In this document: piece by piece, positions 1-13,200 of the stretch
Numbering within the stretch: the stretch's first letter is position 1
Layout: each line of letters starts with the position of its first letter
Source of the DNA: Collodictyon triciliatum
Taxonomy: Eukaryota
Length of the DNA stretch: 55,882 nucleotides
Direction of reading: 5' to 3'
Assembly (NCBI GenBank): GCA_043381765.1
Contig: JBHJMP010000301.1
Span: 1-55,882, forward strand
Notes under the pieces: generated by a model
The model's database searches: none
What the model was told of the DNA's origin: nothing
Seen by the model: the letters and a program-made list of their open reading frames with translations, nothing else
Translations under genes and position numbers: made by a program

Positions 1-195
1 TAGTTTAGTTTAGTTTAGTTTAGTTTAGTTTAGTTTAGTTTAGTTTAGTTTAGTTTAGTTTAGTTTAGTTTAGTTTAGTTTAGTTTAGTTTAGTTTAGTT
101 TAGTTTAGTTTAGTTTAGTTTAGTTTAGTTTAGTTTAGTTTAGTTTTGTTTAGTTTTGTTTAGTTTTGTTTAGTTTTGTTTAGTTTTGTTTAGTT
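1..195. repeat. (TAGTT)n / (TTTAG)n pentanucleotide microsatellite, intronic
   Basis: Perfect TAGTT array degrading to TTTTGTTTAG; lies just downstream of a GTGAGT donor (227, minus strand) of the cyclase-like gene. Confidence 0.95.
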
Positions 196-227
196 TTTTT
201 GTAAAAATAGTACACGTCTGCACTCAC

Positions 228-3200
228 AAGATCATCCGCAGGATAAGAATCCGGTCTTTCTTCAAGATCGTTCACACTCGTATAAATGCTTGTTGCAGAC
301 GAATACAATGCTGAACTACCGCCATCGTGTTCGGATGAATCATACAGAGATACTCTGTGAGACGTGCTACGAAAGTTCTCCATTCCGAGTGTATAGACTG
401 ACTTTCCCATTTTACTTATACATATTGTGGTGTTTTGTCCCTGCAAATAATTAATGGAGAACATCTCAGAATTCAACGTAATTTAACAGATTACTTGATT
501 ATGATGTATATAAAGGATATAATATATGCGGCCCAATATGATTGTGAAATAAATGGTAAAAAGGGTTTTTGATACCTGTACCAATTGATAAGTAGACGAA
601 TGAATAAGGATGGATTCCGTTGGTTTTGTTTTATCACACAGTCGTTTTGCATTTAACAAAGCTGTATATACGTCAGGCGAGAATGAATTATTTATGTGTG
701 TGTACTCTTTCTTCGTCTAGATTTATTCGTTGAGGTGTTTTAGTCTCACCAGATCCGTATATGTGGAAGACGTGTTTTTCGTGGCGCGAGACTGATCCGT
801 AAGCTGGTCCGGTGCTTATACCGATGCGTATGTTTTCCTGGAAAAAAGTGGTTTCGATTGATGCAAAATGATTTTGCATATATTTCTCAATGACGATTTT
901 TTTTTTTTGGAGAAAATATCGCGATATTCTAAAATTTCTTATTGTTTAGCCCATGCTTTGAGTCAAACAAAGAGGGAAATGGTGCTCAATCAACGAAACA
1001 GCAACTTACTGATTCAATTTTTTGCTTCATTCGTTGCACAATTTCAGTGGCTAATGCACATACAGAGACTGCTCCTTTGACAGCGTCATTTTCAAACAGG
1101 CTTACAACACCCTGTAGTCATCCAATTGAGTGAGGACATGTTATAGGGGAAAATTAACGTGCTTTCTGGTGTAATTTTTTAATGAGAAAAGATTATACAT
1201 GAATTCAACCGATTCACAATTAATAAAGCCATAAACTTACGACATAGTATTCCCCTTTGAATTTTGGATATAATCCGTAGTTGTTTGTTTATTTGTTTAA
1301 TATTAAGTAAATTTAATTAAATACTGTAAATGTATCACGATAATAGTTTGACGTAGAGTTATGACACTGCTCTTACCAAAAGTTTTTACTTTTTCAACGC
1401 GGTGCCTGCAATAAATTTAATGTATATTATGAAATATATAAAAGTATGTCCTTTTCATTATGGAAAATGAAGAAGCTGAGCAGTTTAATATGGTATTCTC
1501 AGATTTGGTGAACCTACTTTCTTAAGAGGTAGTCCAGAGCCCTGAATTATTGTAATGAAATAAAGTTATCCTTCATATTGAGATGAGATTATTTTTTATT
1601 CATTTTTAAAATCAGTATTTTGTATCGCATGTGCTTGAGGAATTTCTTACAGGAACATGTCTCTAATTCTCGAGACAAAATCATAGCTTTCGGTTGTATT
1701 TGTCAGTTGATGAATCCCTGATAGTTTAATAACAATCACAGTTGATTGCGGGTGGAAGAATGCTGGTATTCTGTCAATATGCTTAAAATCCAGAGATTTT
1801 GATATGTACCTATAATCGATAACATTGAGTCAAAACATAAAATAGTAGCGATGATAGTCTGTAGTATTTAAAAAAAAAAAAAGGAGGGAGAAATGATAAT
1901 CATACGGAGGATATAGACAATTTAATAATTCCATCGATCTAGTTTTTTCGTGGACCAATTGTTGTTGGTAGATGATTGTCTTTTTTTCATTAATCATTCG
2001 CCTACATTTCAAGATGATAAAATTACGACTTGCTACGAATGCATAGTGAATGTCTCCAATGTACATAGTAAGTTTTTTGAACGGACTTTTTTGTTTTCTA
2101 TATAAATATGGTGTATATATATGGGAAGGTGTAGTGGTAAGAGTATGAATCGCCAGTCTGAAAGCATCGTAGGAGGAATTCAAACCTTTTGTCATATTTT
2201 TCGATGAAGTAGCATATGGTAAGGGAGTTAATACTAACAATTAAAGCAGGAAAGGATACTCTGAATATGAGAACTCCTTGTTGGATGAATATAGAGCCGA
2301 TTATGAAAAACAAATAGGATGCTGGGACAGCAACAGCGCTGTGCTGGAATGGCATTCGAAATATTGTGGAAAATAACTAGTTGAAAGCAAAAGAGAAGAA
2401 AATTAGGTGTGGCACAAAATAACACAGGGAAGAAGGGGGGATTTTCCAAAAAAAAAATTACAGGATGTATGAAAAATATTCATTTTTTTATCTATGGTTC
2501 TCAATGTGGGGTGTAAAATTCGAGTGTAATTAGGATACGAGAAAAACTGTACCGTAGTGATAAATATGTTTGGTGTAGGGGGGTCCGTGAAGGGTATCAT
2601 CACTTCACCCAATACAAGGAGAATATGGAGAGAAAGGAAAACCGCCGTTATCACTTTCTGATAGTTTCTGTTCAAGTGTAATTCATCGATTAATCATGTT
2701 GAGTTTAATATAAAATACTAATTAGGTCAAGCCAAATGGTTGATTGATATGACGGGTGCTGGAAAAAAGAATTGGAATGGTTTCGTAATGCTCCACCCTC
2801 CAAACATGAATATAAATACAATATAAAGAAAGAAAGAGAGAGGTAGAACTAAACAAATTGTCAGGGCAAAGGTGAGGAAGGAGGAAGAAAGAGGACGTAT
2901 ATTTCGGGTGATGAAATGCATACTTTCGACATAGACGAGGGTTTCTGATTTTTCTGAATCCGGTGTAAGTGAAAGCAAACGCCAGAAGGCCGAGAACTGC
3001 GATGGGAACGCCTCTTTTGTGAATGTTTTAAGAGAAAGATGTTATTGGGTGCATGAGAAGTCTGGTGTGTGTTTGTGATAAAGAAAACAAAATGAGTGGA
3101 AACAAGTGAGAGTGGCGTTGGGGAGGGATGTAGATGTCAAGGACCTTATGTCATTTTTTGAGAGGGGAAGTGATAGAAATACAGGCGTATAGAGGTAGAG

Positions 3201-3862
3201 CAAAGGTGCAGGGACATAACTGAGAGAAAGAAATAGAGATAAAGAAAGACCGACCCTACGATGAAGACATAGACAGAGACCAGAAGAGCAAGGACCATGA
3301 GGAACTTGAAGAAGAGGACAGTGGGTCTGTACATTCTGTCTGCAAGAGCATCGGCGTAGGCTGCATCGGCCTCCGGGGTGTCGAAGCTGTCATTGGGCAG
3401 CAGGGGATGAGGGGGTGGAGTGTGACAGGGTACGGTAACAAAGATACGAGAAGAGGGCCACGGCACTCACGCCAGGGTGTAGGGGCAGAGGCGGGTCTCG
3501 GCATGCGGGAAGTGTGGGGCGAGAGACTCGAAGAAGGAGTCTGCAGGTGCGGAGCTGAGGCGGCGGTCGGTGCGTGCGGTGCGGGGGACGGAGTGGGTGT
3601 CGGGGACGGAGGAGTGGCTGCCGTACAGGGAGACGGGGGCGGTGGACGCGCTTTGTGGCTGTGGCTGTGGCTGTGGTTGTGGTTGTGGCTGTGGCTGTGG
3701 TGTGTGTGGCAGCGGCGGCAGGCGGCGGGTGCCTGTGCTGGGAGGGCGCTCGGCGTAGAGGCGGGCCGGTCCCGGGAAGTCGCCCCCTGCGTCTGCACCC
3801 GGCAGCGCCAGCGACAGCGACAGTGACAACGCCCGTGTGCGCTGCAGATCCGCCTCGGCCAT
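228..3862 (-). CDS. Multi-pass membrane class III nucleotidyl (adenylyl/guanylyl) cyclase-like protein, spliced, 3'-truncated by the window edge
   Basis: ATG 3862 (MAEADLQR...). Exon 1 (3862-3471) splices in phase to 3386 (FDTPEADAAY...). Several hydrophobic TM exons follow, then the pre-cyclase helix EKTRSMELLNCLYPP and cyclase-domain exons HPQSTVIVIKLSGIHQL, HRVEKVKTFG/EYYV, ENIRIGISTGPAYGSV...VFHIYGS and ALLNAKRLC. The last visible donor is GTGAGT at 227. Confidence 0.85.
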
Positions 3863-4946
3863 CCTGGTGCTCTGACTCTGCCACAGTCACAGACAACCAC
3901 ACGGGTGCGTTAGTCTCGCCCCAGACTCCTCTCTCCCCGCCCGCTCTCTGCGTGTGCTCCCCTCTTGCGTGCCTCCCAATGTCCGCGCCCGCAAAGAACA
4001 TCCGGGCGCAAAGGCGAAGGCCGTGCGGAGACTGTGCAACCATTCTCCTTTCCTGGAATTCCCTCTTTCGGATGGGCTTCGCATTCACAGAGCATGCGGT
4101 GAATTGCTCCTCTTTGGGTCGCAGGGTGTTCGGCCCACAACCCTTCATCGCCTATGGCAAACTCCTTTTTGGATAAAAGCTAAAGACATCGGCAAATTTA
4201 GCCCTTTTGTAGCCACTTCCTAAATAGTTCAATTCCATCTCAGGAAAATCATCCAAAACAGGAATAACATGTATGGTCCATAGACAACAGACCCACATTC
4301 GAATCATTTGGATTTTCAAGATAAGGACACTGAATAATTCGTTAGTATTGATTCCACATTAGGTGAATTAGTAAAGTCTTCTTGGCTGTATCTGCTTTGA
4401 ATTTTTGAACCAGCCCTTCACATGAATCAGCTTTGGCCAATAGGTAATTTTTTTTCCGTTCGTTGGGTGCGATAACGTGCCGATCATATGGCGCAGACCC
4501 ATGCAAAGCGCTCCAGTTTAGTGTTCGTTGACACCCTGCCCCCTGGCACAAAGAGACTGTGAACCCCGTGTGACCCCAATCTACCATGAAATAATGAGGA
4601 CATTTTCATCTCCTGTACCACAACAATTCCCGTCTTAACGAAAAACAAAGTGAACTTGGAGTCTGGCCGATGCTTGTGTGACAACCAGCGAGCCCTCTCA
4701 GCCCTTCTGGTCTCTGCAAACTCTTGCCTTCTCTTCTCTCTTCCATCATTCCTCGCCGCAACACTCCCCCATGGTATCCCTACCTCTGCGCTGGACACCG
4801 TTTTTAAACAGAAAAGGAAAAGGAAAAGGAAAAGGAAAAGGAAAAGGAAAAGGCCAATTTTCTCACGCTTCTCTTGCCTTTGTGGTCGCCCCTGTCTGGT
4901 GGCGCTGCGGACTTGTTGCGGATGCGCGGCAGAGGGGAAGGAGAAG

Positions 4947-5957
4947 ATGAGTTCGTCGGAGGACGAGGAGGTGTACACGGTGGAGAAGATCCTTGCGCGC
5001 AAGAAAGTCCACGTAAGCAGCACCGAGACCGCCCCGCCGAGAGCGCCCCACTGACCCGAAGACTGACATGCAGGGCCGCTGGAAGTACCACCTCAAGTGG
5101 CTGGGCTACGAGGAGACCACGTGGGAGACGGAGGACAACCTGATCGGGTGCCAGGATCTGCTGCAGGAGTTTCTGCGGCAGGAGGACGCCAAGGACGGGC
5201 GGGCAAAGAAGGACAAGGACAAGGACAAGGACAAGGAGAAGGACAAGGACAAGGAGAAGGACAAGGACAGCGAGTCCACCACCCCGGCAAAGCCCGCCTC
5301 GCGCACCCCGGCAAAGACCCCGGCAAAGACCCCGGCCGCAGAGGCTGTGCGCCGCTCAAAGAGGAGGCTGGACGACGACGACGAAGACAACGACAACGGC
5401 GTGGCTCTGCCCTCCGGGCCGTCTGCTCCGCCCCCTGCGGCCGCAGCCTCCACCCCGGCAAACGCCCCCGAAGCCCGCCCGTCCCCCGCGACCAGGAAGG
5501 CCGTGCAGCGCGAGGTCAAGCTCTTCGACTCCCACTGCGAGTTCAGCAGCGACCCCGTCGAGATCACCGGCGCCCGCATGGTCGACGGCAGACTCTTCCT
5601 CGGTGTCCGCTTGTGCGTTGCCCTCCCGCCCTCCTTCTCTCTATCCACTCCTTTTCTTCTTTTTCTTGTTTTTTCCCTTTTTTTTCCCCCTTTTTCCCCT
5701 TTTTTCCCCTTTTTTCCCTTTTTTTTCCTTTTTTTTCCTTTTTTTTCCTTTTTTTCCTTTTTTTTTCCCTTTTTTTTCCCTTTTTTTTTCCATCCACTGA
5801 CTCACGCCAATCCCCCTTTGTCTGTAGCGACGGCGAGGAAAAGGCTATCAATTACTACCTTGCTTCCCTCCTCAACGTCAAAATACCTCAGCTGGTCATC
5901 AAGTTCTACGAGATGAGGCTCAAGTTCGACACTCCAAAACCCGCCAAAGCAGAGTAG
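4947..5957 (+). CDS. HP1: HP1/Swi6-like protein (chromodomain + hinge + chromo-shadow domain), 3 exons: 4947-5012, 5074-5612, 5828-5957
   Basis: YTVEKILARKKVH|GRWKYHLKWLGYEETTWETEDNL (chromodomain aromatic cage Y/W/Y); KD- and PAK-rich hinge; PVEITGARMVDGRLFLGVRF...NVKIPQLVIKFYEMRLKF (chromo-shadow). Both GT-AG introns are phase-consistent. Confidence 0.92.
5630..5790 (+). repeat. Polypyrimidine (T-run/CC) low-complexity tract in HP1 intron 2
   Basis: Runs of T interrupted by C/CC, followed by a CTGAC branch-like motif and the TAG acceptor at 5827. Confidence 0.85.
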
Positions 5958-6547
5958 CTTCAAGCCCCTGGTAACCACTTTCTATCATCCCGCTGTCTTT
6001 CATGCCATGCCTCTTCCCAAACAATCCCAGAGACTCACTGCCATTTTCAAAACTTTGAAACACTCCTTTCCTCAACACGCAGGTACCACTGTTCGTTTCT
6101 GTGGCCACTTCAACTTTTTTGCCTATTGATCGCTTTTTTTTTTTTTTTCATTTTTATTCTATCAATGATTACTTCCATTCCTATTTCATGATTTTTCATT
6201 TTTTTTAAAAAAAAAAAAAAATTCCCCGAGGGATTTCGACAAAAGACCTCTTTCCTTCAACCAGACACATCAGTTTTCCCTGCTTCCAGCTCTGCTATTT
6301 TATTTTTACTTCAAACCATCTGAATCACATCCTTCCTTTCACACTATTCGTTGTTACATACAACCTGATTAAACCCGACTTTTGCTCCACAACTTACTAT
6401 ATCCTATTCATGAACTGGAAGACAGACCATCCCCTCCTTTGCAGAGTCTCAGCGCTTTAATTATGATGTCTATGAACAAGTTTAAGTTTGCAACCGCCTT
6501 TTATCATGTAGAAACCGTATTTTATACTATGCATATTTAAAGTGCGA

Positions 6548-6891
6548 TTACCACGAACCTCTGCACATGGGAAATGGGTGCGCAACGTAACAATCGGCAA
6601 CCAACAGAAATTTCAAGTATGCTTTGGTTTTATACTGGATGACATTCGACTGCAACCACAAGATTAAAGAGCTCTTCTGTTGTCTCCATACCGAAGCCTT
6701 GGCAAGCTTTATGAATTTATTCTGATTCCTGAGCTCCTGCGCAGTAGTAAAGGCATTAGTTGTCAAACTGTTACTATTACGCTAGTTTATATATACCGAG
6801 TGTTCTATGTAATCCAGCTCCAGGATGGTTTCATGAGTGATGTGGCGTCGGTGGCTCACATCCAGCATGGGACTCACGTATCACTGTCCAT
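6548..6891 (-). CDS. Possible small spliced hypothetical protein
   Basis: Phase-consistent exon candidates MDSDT|LTTNAFTTAQELRNQNKFIKLAKAS|SNVIQYKTKAYLKFLL bounded by GT/AG; no recognisable domain; ends uncertain. Confidence 0.3.
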
Positions 6892-7342
6892 GTCTCTTGT
6901 TTTTGTTTTTGTTTTTGTTTTTGTTTTTGTTTTATTGTCATACGTCCCACATTGTCCCAGTAACTTTATGTGGAGGAATGCGTCAGCAAACCACCATCGA
7001 TGCAAAACGAAGCCCCGCCACAGCACTCACAGTCCCACCGTTCTCTTCCCTTTTCACCCACACCCAACGACAATTATATAATCCTCTTCATATCGTACTA
7101 ATTCGTTTGTTACCGCCAATCATCAAAATGATGCTGATTTTTCTAATCCATCGCTGTGAGAGATTGGCCGTGAGTCAATACGTGTGCATACGTTCGGATG
7201 GTGGCAGATGTGGGGACGCGGTCGGTTATCTGGGGATTGTGTTCATCAAAACAATTTATGTTTTTATAGATGGAGCATCATGCATCCGTGATTGCTCAGT
7301 AAAAGTACCCTACTCCGGCTACAAGCTCGTTGCAAAATGACA

Positions 7343-9361
7343 TTATTTCCTTTGCAAATTTGTTGATGATGATGCTGGTGGAAAATGCAATATTTTTGGG
7401 CCTCCGCGTTGTATACGAACCCCGCCTGCTTCTCTTTGCAACACGTCTATCCTGTTCTTCAAGTTGCTGATTTGTGCATCTCTGTCCCTAAGTGAATGAC
7501 AGCCCTGCATCAATATACTATTTGCTTTCCTCGCGTCATAGTCTCATGGGAAACTATAAACAACAATCATAGAAGCTACTCGTGATGAAAGCTTTCATAA
7601 CCAGATAATTGTGTGATAGTTCAGATGCTAGGAAAGAGAATGAAGATAGGATATCGGGCGATTAAATGAACTATTAGAATCAAATTATCTTCTCCATAAA
7701 TTTAATCACCGTATATCCGCCTGTAGGGACCGTATTGTGGATGTATAATCAGCTTTTGGTGGAGATTGGGGCCTAGTACCGGGGGATTTGCGCGGTTCTG
7801 GAATCGGAATCGTTTGCACAGCTATAGAGCGGTAAGAGTTTGAGACAAGCAGTAGAGTCGGCTGGCTTGAGGTCCTCATATCATTCATGCTCTGTATTTG
7901 TGACTCTAATTTCACAATCCGATTGTACATTTCTGCTATTTGAACACGGGACGAAGTTAACTCTGCCATCATCTATATTAATTATTTTAATTGAATATAG
8001 ATAAGAAGGTGCTTAAACAAGGCTATGCTAAGCTCTTCGCTGTTCAAGGAGCTTATTCACGTAAACAATTGGAAAAACAGAGAGCACTGCTTACAAGGAC
8101 TCGAGATATATAGCTCGAATCGGATTAAAAATTATCGGTAAAGACCCCGCAGTATGGAAATGAATCTATGTGATACGTAAATATAGGGTCACTTGCTTTT
8201 TTTTCTGAATCTATGTCCTTTGTAGGCATTTTGTTTTGGTTTCCACGATCTTCGAATCTCTTCAAGGCAGCCATCCCTTTAACTTGTTGTAGCTCCGCCG
8301 TTAAAGATGTGTTCATGTCCTCCAATTTTGCAATCTTTCTTGTAAGCTCATCATTTTGAGCGCTTGATAATTGATTCATCATAGTAATCTATACAGAAAG
8401 GGAATAGATAAGAAAAGCGTGTCCCCTGACATTCCTAAGTAATTACATGATTTGTTGTTATCCTTTATTCGATTCAAGGGAAGGGGGATTTTTATGAATA
8501 ATTACATGAAACAATAAGGTCCATTCAGAAAAAAAATTTGACTTATATTATAATGGGTGGGCCATTCTCATTATTGGCGACTGATAACAGCATGTCTCAT
8601 CACACAGCACGAACCCAAATTAGTGTATTCTATGTTGGTTTGTAAATAAAGCGCTTCATCACCTGTTCTTCAAATTCTATTTTCATCTGTTGCTGTAATT
8701 CAGCCAGACCCTGCTTGTTTCGGACACCGAGCTGTTGCTAATCAAATTGTGTTCAAAAGTTATTACTATACGAAGATAGAGGCCATTTTTTAGATTTACT
8801 AGCAATATATATCGCAGCCTGACCACAGCCTTCCATAGTAACTATTTTCGAGTAGTCTTTTTTTTTTTCTTTTTTTTTTTTTTGTAAGTTTGCAACCATG
8901 CGCCCCATCGCGCAAGCTAGGTAAATTGTTGGTTTATAGAGCAGGAAATGTGGAGTCAAAAATATACCCCCTTTTGTGGTGGAGTATCGCTCATATAATG
9001 ATTTATCGAGGGTACCCACGTTGACGGTTTTGGATATCTCAAGCTCCCGTTGCAAGTGATTGATCATGGCCTTTTTTGCCTCTAGCTCTTCCATCAGGGT
9101 GCTCATAGTTTGCTTCAGAGACAGTATCTGCTTCCTCTAATATTTCATACGTCGCAGTGAGCTGAGTTTGAAGGCATTATGATTCATACATAGTTGTCTT
9201 TGAAGCTGATATTCGACTGTATCAGGCCTTCCTGTCAGTTCGCACCATTTAAAAGGCACAGACAGTACAGATGTGGTATATTCCCGTACCTCCGCTTGGT
9301 GGAACTCGTAGCATGGCGGAAGTGCATCGTCCATGAGCCCGTGCATTTGAGGAAGCTGCAT
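7343..9361 (-). CDS. Hypothetical coiled-coil protein, spliced; both termini uncertain
   Basis: Heptad-rich exons RKQILSLKQTMSTLMEELEAKKAMINHLQRELE, NDELTRKIAKLEDMNTSLTAELQQVK, MAELTSSRVQIAEMYNRIVKLESQIQ and LRDRDAQISNLKNRIDVLQRE, flanked by AG/GT sites. Confidence 0.65.
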
Positions 9362-10244
9362 CATCTGGAGCAAAGTTACTCTCAACAGCTTCAGTGCGGG
9401 TCTGGACCGAGTGCCGTGCGGAGTGGTGACCGCCTTTTGTTGCGTTTGCCAAGCAGGATCGCCGCTTTCTGGATCGGTTCAAAACGGTGAAATATAAATG
9501 CGGAATATATATATGTGTAGAGATCAATTTGGTATATATAGACAATTATACTGTTGCTGCACAAGTAAATATACGTGCGATTATAATTATATACATGAGA
9601 AAGCAAGAGACATCGCAACAGTTTCGGAAGCGCATTCGAATGCTCAAATGTTCAAATGTTCGAACATGCTCTCTGCTTTGAACGTTTTTGGTTCTATCGG
9701 TGTCGTGCTCAGGCCATTCGAAGGAGTCAGAAACTTTGCCGAGGGAGATAAGGTCAGGACAGGGTGAAGGCGCAACAGTCGAACAAGACAGATAACGCAC
9801 ATTCCAGCTCATGGCTTCCCGGATCCATCCAACTACCCACAGCAAATTGAGGAAGAACTGGTCTTGGGCTGCATGGTAGATTGGAAATCATGGTTACCTT
9901 AGACTCAAGTGCTCTATAGCTGATCTCTCCTTGTAAAACTGCTCTGAAGGACTGATCAGAAATAGCTGGGTTTCATAAGCCTGACTCTTGGCCTTGTAAA
10001 CGCCTCTCCCAGAGTTTAACTCCAAGCTTATCCCTCGCGTTGGTGCAGCCTTATCTCACGTAGCGATTCGCACCAGTCTCACCCACACCTTCACCACTCC
10101 CCAGGAATCTCTTCCTTGTCACCCCTCTTGAAGCAAACTCAGATAATGACGACTTTGTCCCTCACTTTGTCATAATGCCAGGCTTCCCAGGTTCTGACGC
10201 AACAAGACCCGACCCCACGCCACCCAGCCTAGCAGACTAGTCCG

Positions 10245-13200
10245 ATGTGTATGTCATTCTACACACCTTACTGCATATTTCATAGCGCTCTGCCCGAAGC
10301 TCCAACAGGAGAGTGCAGGCTTTCTTTTTTCACCAGCTGTGTTGATACCCTTCTCACGACAGCCGACTCGTTGTACGCAATCGCCGTCTTGATCGACGAG
10401 ATCAAACATGAGGATGCGCAGGTGCGCCTCAACTCCGTCAGACGCCTGCCCGACATTGCCAAGGCCTTGGGGCCTGAGCGGTCACGAACCGAGCTTATTC
10501 CCTACCTTCAAGGTTGCACGGTCCTTCAACGTCTATTTGTTTTGTTTTGTTTTGTTTTGTTTATGCTGCTTTGCATGCACTCGCTCTTTCTCACCATCAT
10601 CCCCTCGCTCCGTCTCTGTGTCAGCAAAGAAGAGCATTACTAATTTTACAAAGTATGACTCGGCCAGGAATCCTCAGTATCCCTTTTTTTTTTAACCGAT
10701 ATAGAATTCGTGGAAGATGAAGAGATATCTCTTGCCCTAGCTGAAGAGTTTGGTAACATCATCGAACTCATGGGAGGACAGGAGCATGCAGGCATCCTAA
10801 TGGCCCCGCTGGAATCTCTTGCTGGTGTGGAGGAAAACGCCGTTCGAGAAAAGGTGCGGCCACTATACTGAAAAGCATTTAGATCAGACTGGAGTAGCTC
10901 TAGTTTGATTGAGAAACGTCAGATGTGATGTTTATTTTTCTCCTTTTGAATATCCATAGGCAGTCGAATCCATGTGTAAAGTTATAGACAGACTTTCACC
11001 CGAAGCAGTGACGAGCTCTGTGATACCAGTCATCCAACGCATGTCCACTGGTGATTGGTTCTCCTCAAAATCATCAGCCTGTGGCCTCTTTGCCTCTGTC
11101 TACCAAAAGTCTGGTGCTTCAAAAAACCAGCTCCGAAAGTATGTTCTATCATGATAATTCTAGGACCTCAATAATTCTACATCTAGAATCTCAAAAATAT
11201 CTTAATTTTTCCTTGAAAGTCTGCATAATTTTGCAATATTTATTCATCTTAATATGATAGCATTTTTACTATTCTATGCCAAGACGAAACCCCTATGGTC
11301 AGACGCGCAGCTGCCTCTAATCTCGGAGTATAATATGTTTTCTTGATCATGATTTAGACAATTCATACTGTTCACAGTTCTATGTATTCTCCTTGGACGT
11401 TTACTGGATCTAAGATAGTATACTCAAACGACACAATTTTCTGTATAGAAACTTGCAAAGAAGGTCGAGAAGGAGCATATTAAGGGTGACTTTATTCACC
11501 TGTTAGGGAAGCTCGCCGAAGACGAACAAGATTCTGTCCGCTTGCTTGTCGTTGAAAGCTGCATCTTGATTGGTGAGTTGCTCTCTCCTGAAGAGAATGC
11601 GACATATATCCTGCCCACCATCAAAACATGCTCGGGAGACAAATCATGGCGCGTTCGGTATATGGTTGCTGATCGCTATGCTGATGTGAGTAAACCATTT
11701 TAGCTATATTTGAGCAATTATGGATGCAAACATTATAGAAATTACCATATTTACACGAAACTGTGATGAACAATTAGTTAAGCAAGACCATGGGGCAGCA
11801 AATAACCAAGTCAGAGCTGGTACCTTTATTTGTAAAGTTATTGAGGGACAGCGAAGCCGAGGTCAAAACTGCTGCGGCATTCAAAGGTGTAGTTGGCTAG
11901 TGTTTTAAACACACCACCGAGCTTTTTTCTTCTTTTGGTAGAGATAGTTAGCACGTGATGAGTTTCCTGTTCCATTTACGCTGTTATATTGGCTGGAAAC
12001 TTACCATTTCTTTATGTTACCAGTGGCCAGTTTTGCAGCATCTCTAACACCTGACATCACAATCAAGCACATTATTCCATGTGTTCGAGAACTTGCTGGA
12101 GATTCATCACAACACGTTCGATGTAATGAATCCGTGTCAATTTTTTGAAGTTCGCCCATCATTCGGGTGCTTGTCATGTGCTTAGAATGCATCGCAAGAT
12201 GTAATTATAGCGCACGTTACTGTGTGGATGATTCGTTTTAATTTCTCACATTGGCATTCTTAGCTGCCCTGGCTTCTGTCATCGTCGGGCTTGCATCTCA
12301 CATAAGTCGAGGCAACGTAATAGACACCTTGTTGCCCCTCATCTTGAAGCTTCTGAAGGATGAGTCATCCGAGGTTCGGCTAAATGTTATCTCCAAACTG
12401 GATGCGATGAATCAATCTGTGGGACTGGAGCTCTTATCACAGGTAAATTTCCAACACATAGAAATTTTTATGGTCCTGTGTCCAACCGCTTTTCAAGCCA
12501 TTAAAAGTATGTCGAGGGATTTGAGGTCATAATTCAATGAGGAAAACACAAGTTTTTTTTCTCTTTCTTATAGCTTACCCCGTCTTGTACATATTCGCCT
12601 CTTAATTCTCCACAACCATAACCATATTTTACATCTAGGCTCTTCTTCCAGCTATCGTAGAGCTTGCCGAGGATGGCCACTGGAGAGTTCGATTGGCCAT
12701 AATTGAGCAAATGCCTCTCTTGGCCACACTGTTTGGTGTGAAATTCTTTGATGAAAAATTCAACAACCTCTGCAGTGCGTGGCTGGGTGATTCCGTGTAT
12801 TCTGTCAGAGAAGCAGCTGCTCTAAATCTCAAGAAATTAACTGAGGCCTTTGGTGAGTGTTGAGTCACCCCGATTGACAAGCTTTCAACGATTTATTGGG
12901 CGACTTCCCCTAACTATGATCTACACACGTTAAGGTGTCGAATGGGCTCGCTCGAATATCATACCAAAACTCTTATTGATTTCACAACATCCGAACTATC
13001 TTTTCCGAGTGACCTCTCTTCACGCTCTCCAAGTATTATATTCAGCTGTCACACCCGACATTATCAATAGTTCTCTCATACCTATGTTGGCAAGGTATGC
13101 TGCTTGATTATCGTACATATTGCGAACTCCTTAATTAATGTGACTTCTTCCCACCTAACCTCGTCACGCTTGCTGCAACCTCATAGGCTCGGCACAGATA

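Noticed and set aside
1-195. Telomere at the window start
   Set aside because: The unit is TTTAG with no GG/GGG run, and the array follows a splice donor of a gene that continues leftwards; it is an intronic microsatellite.
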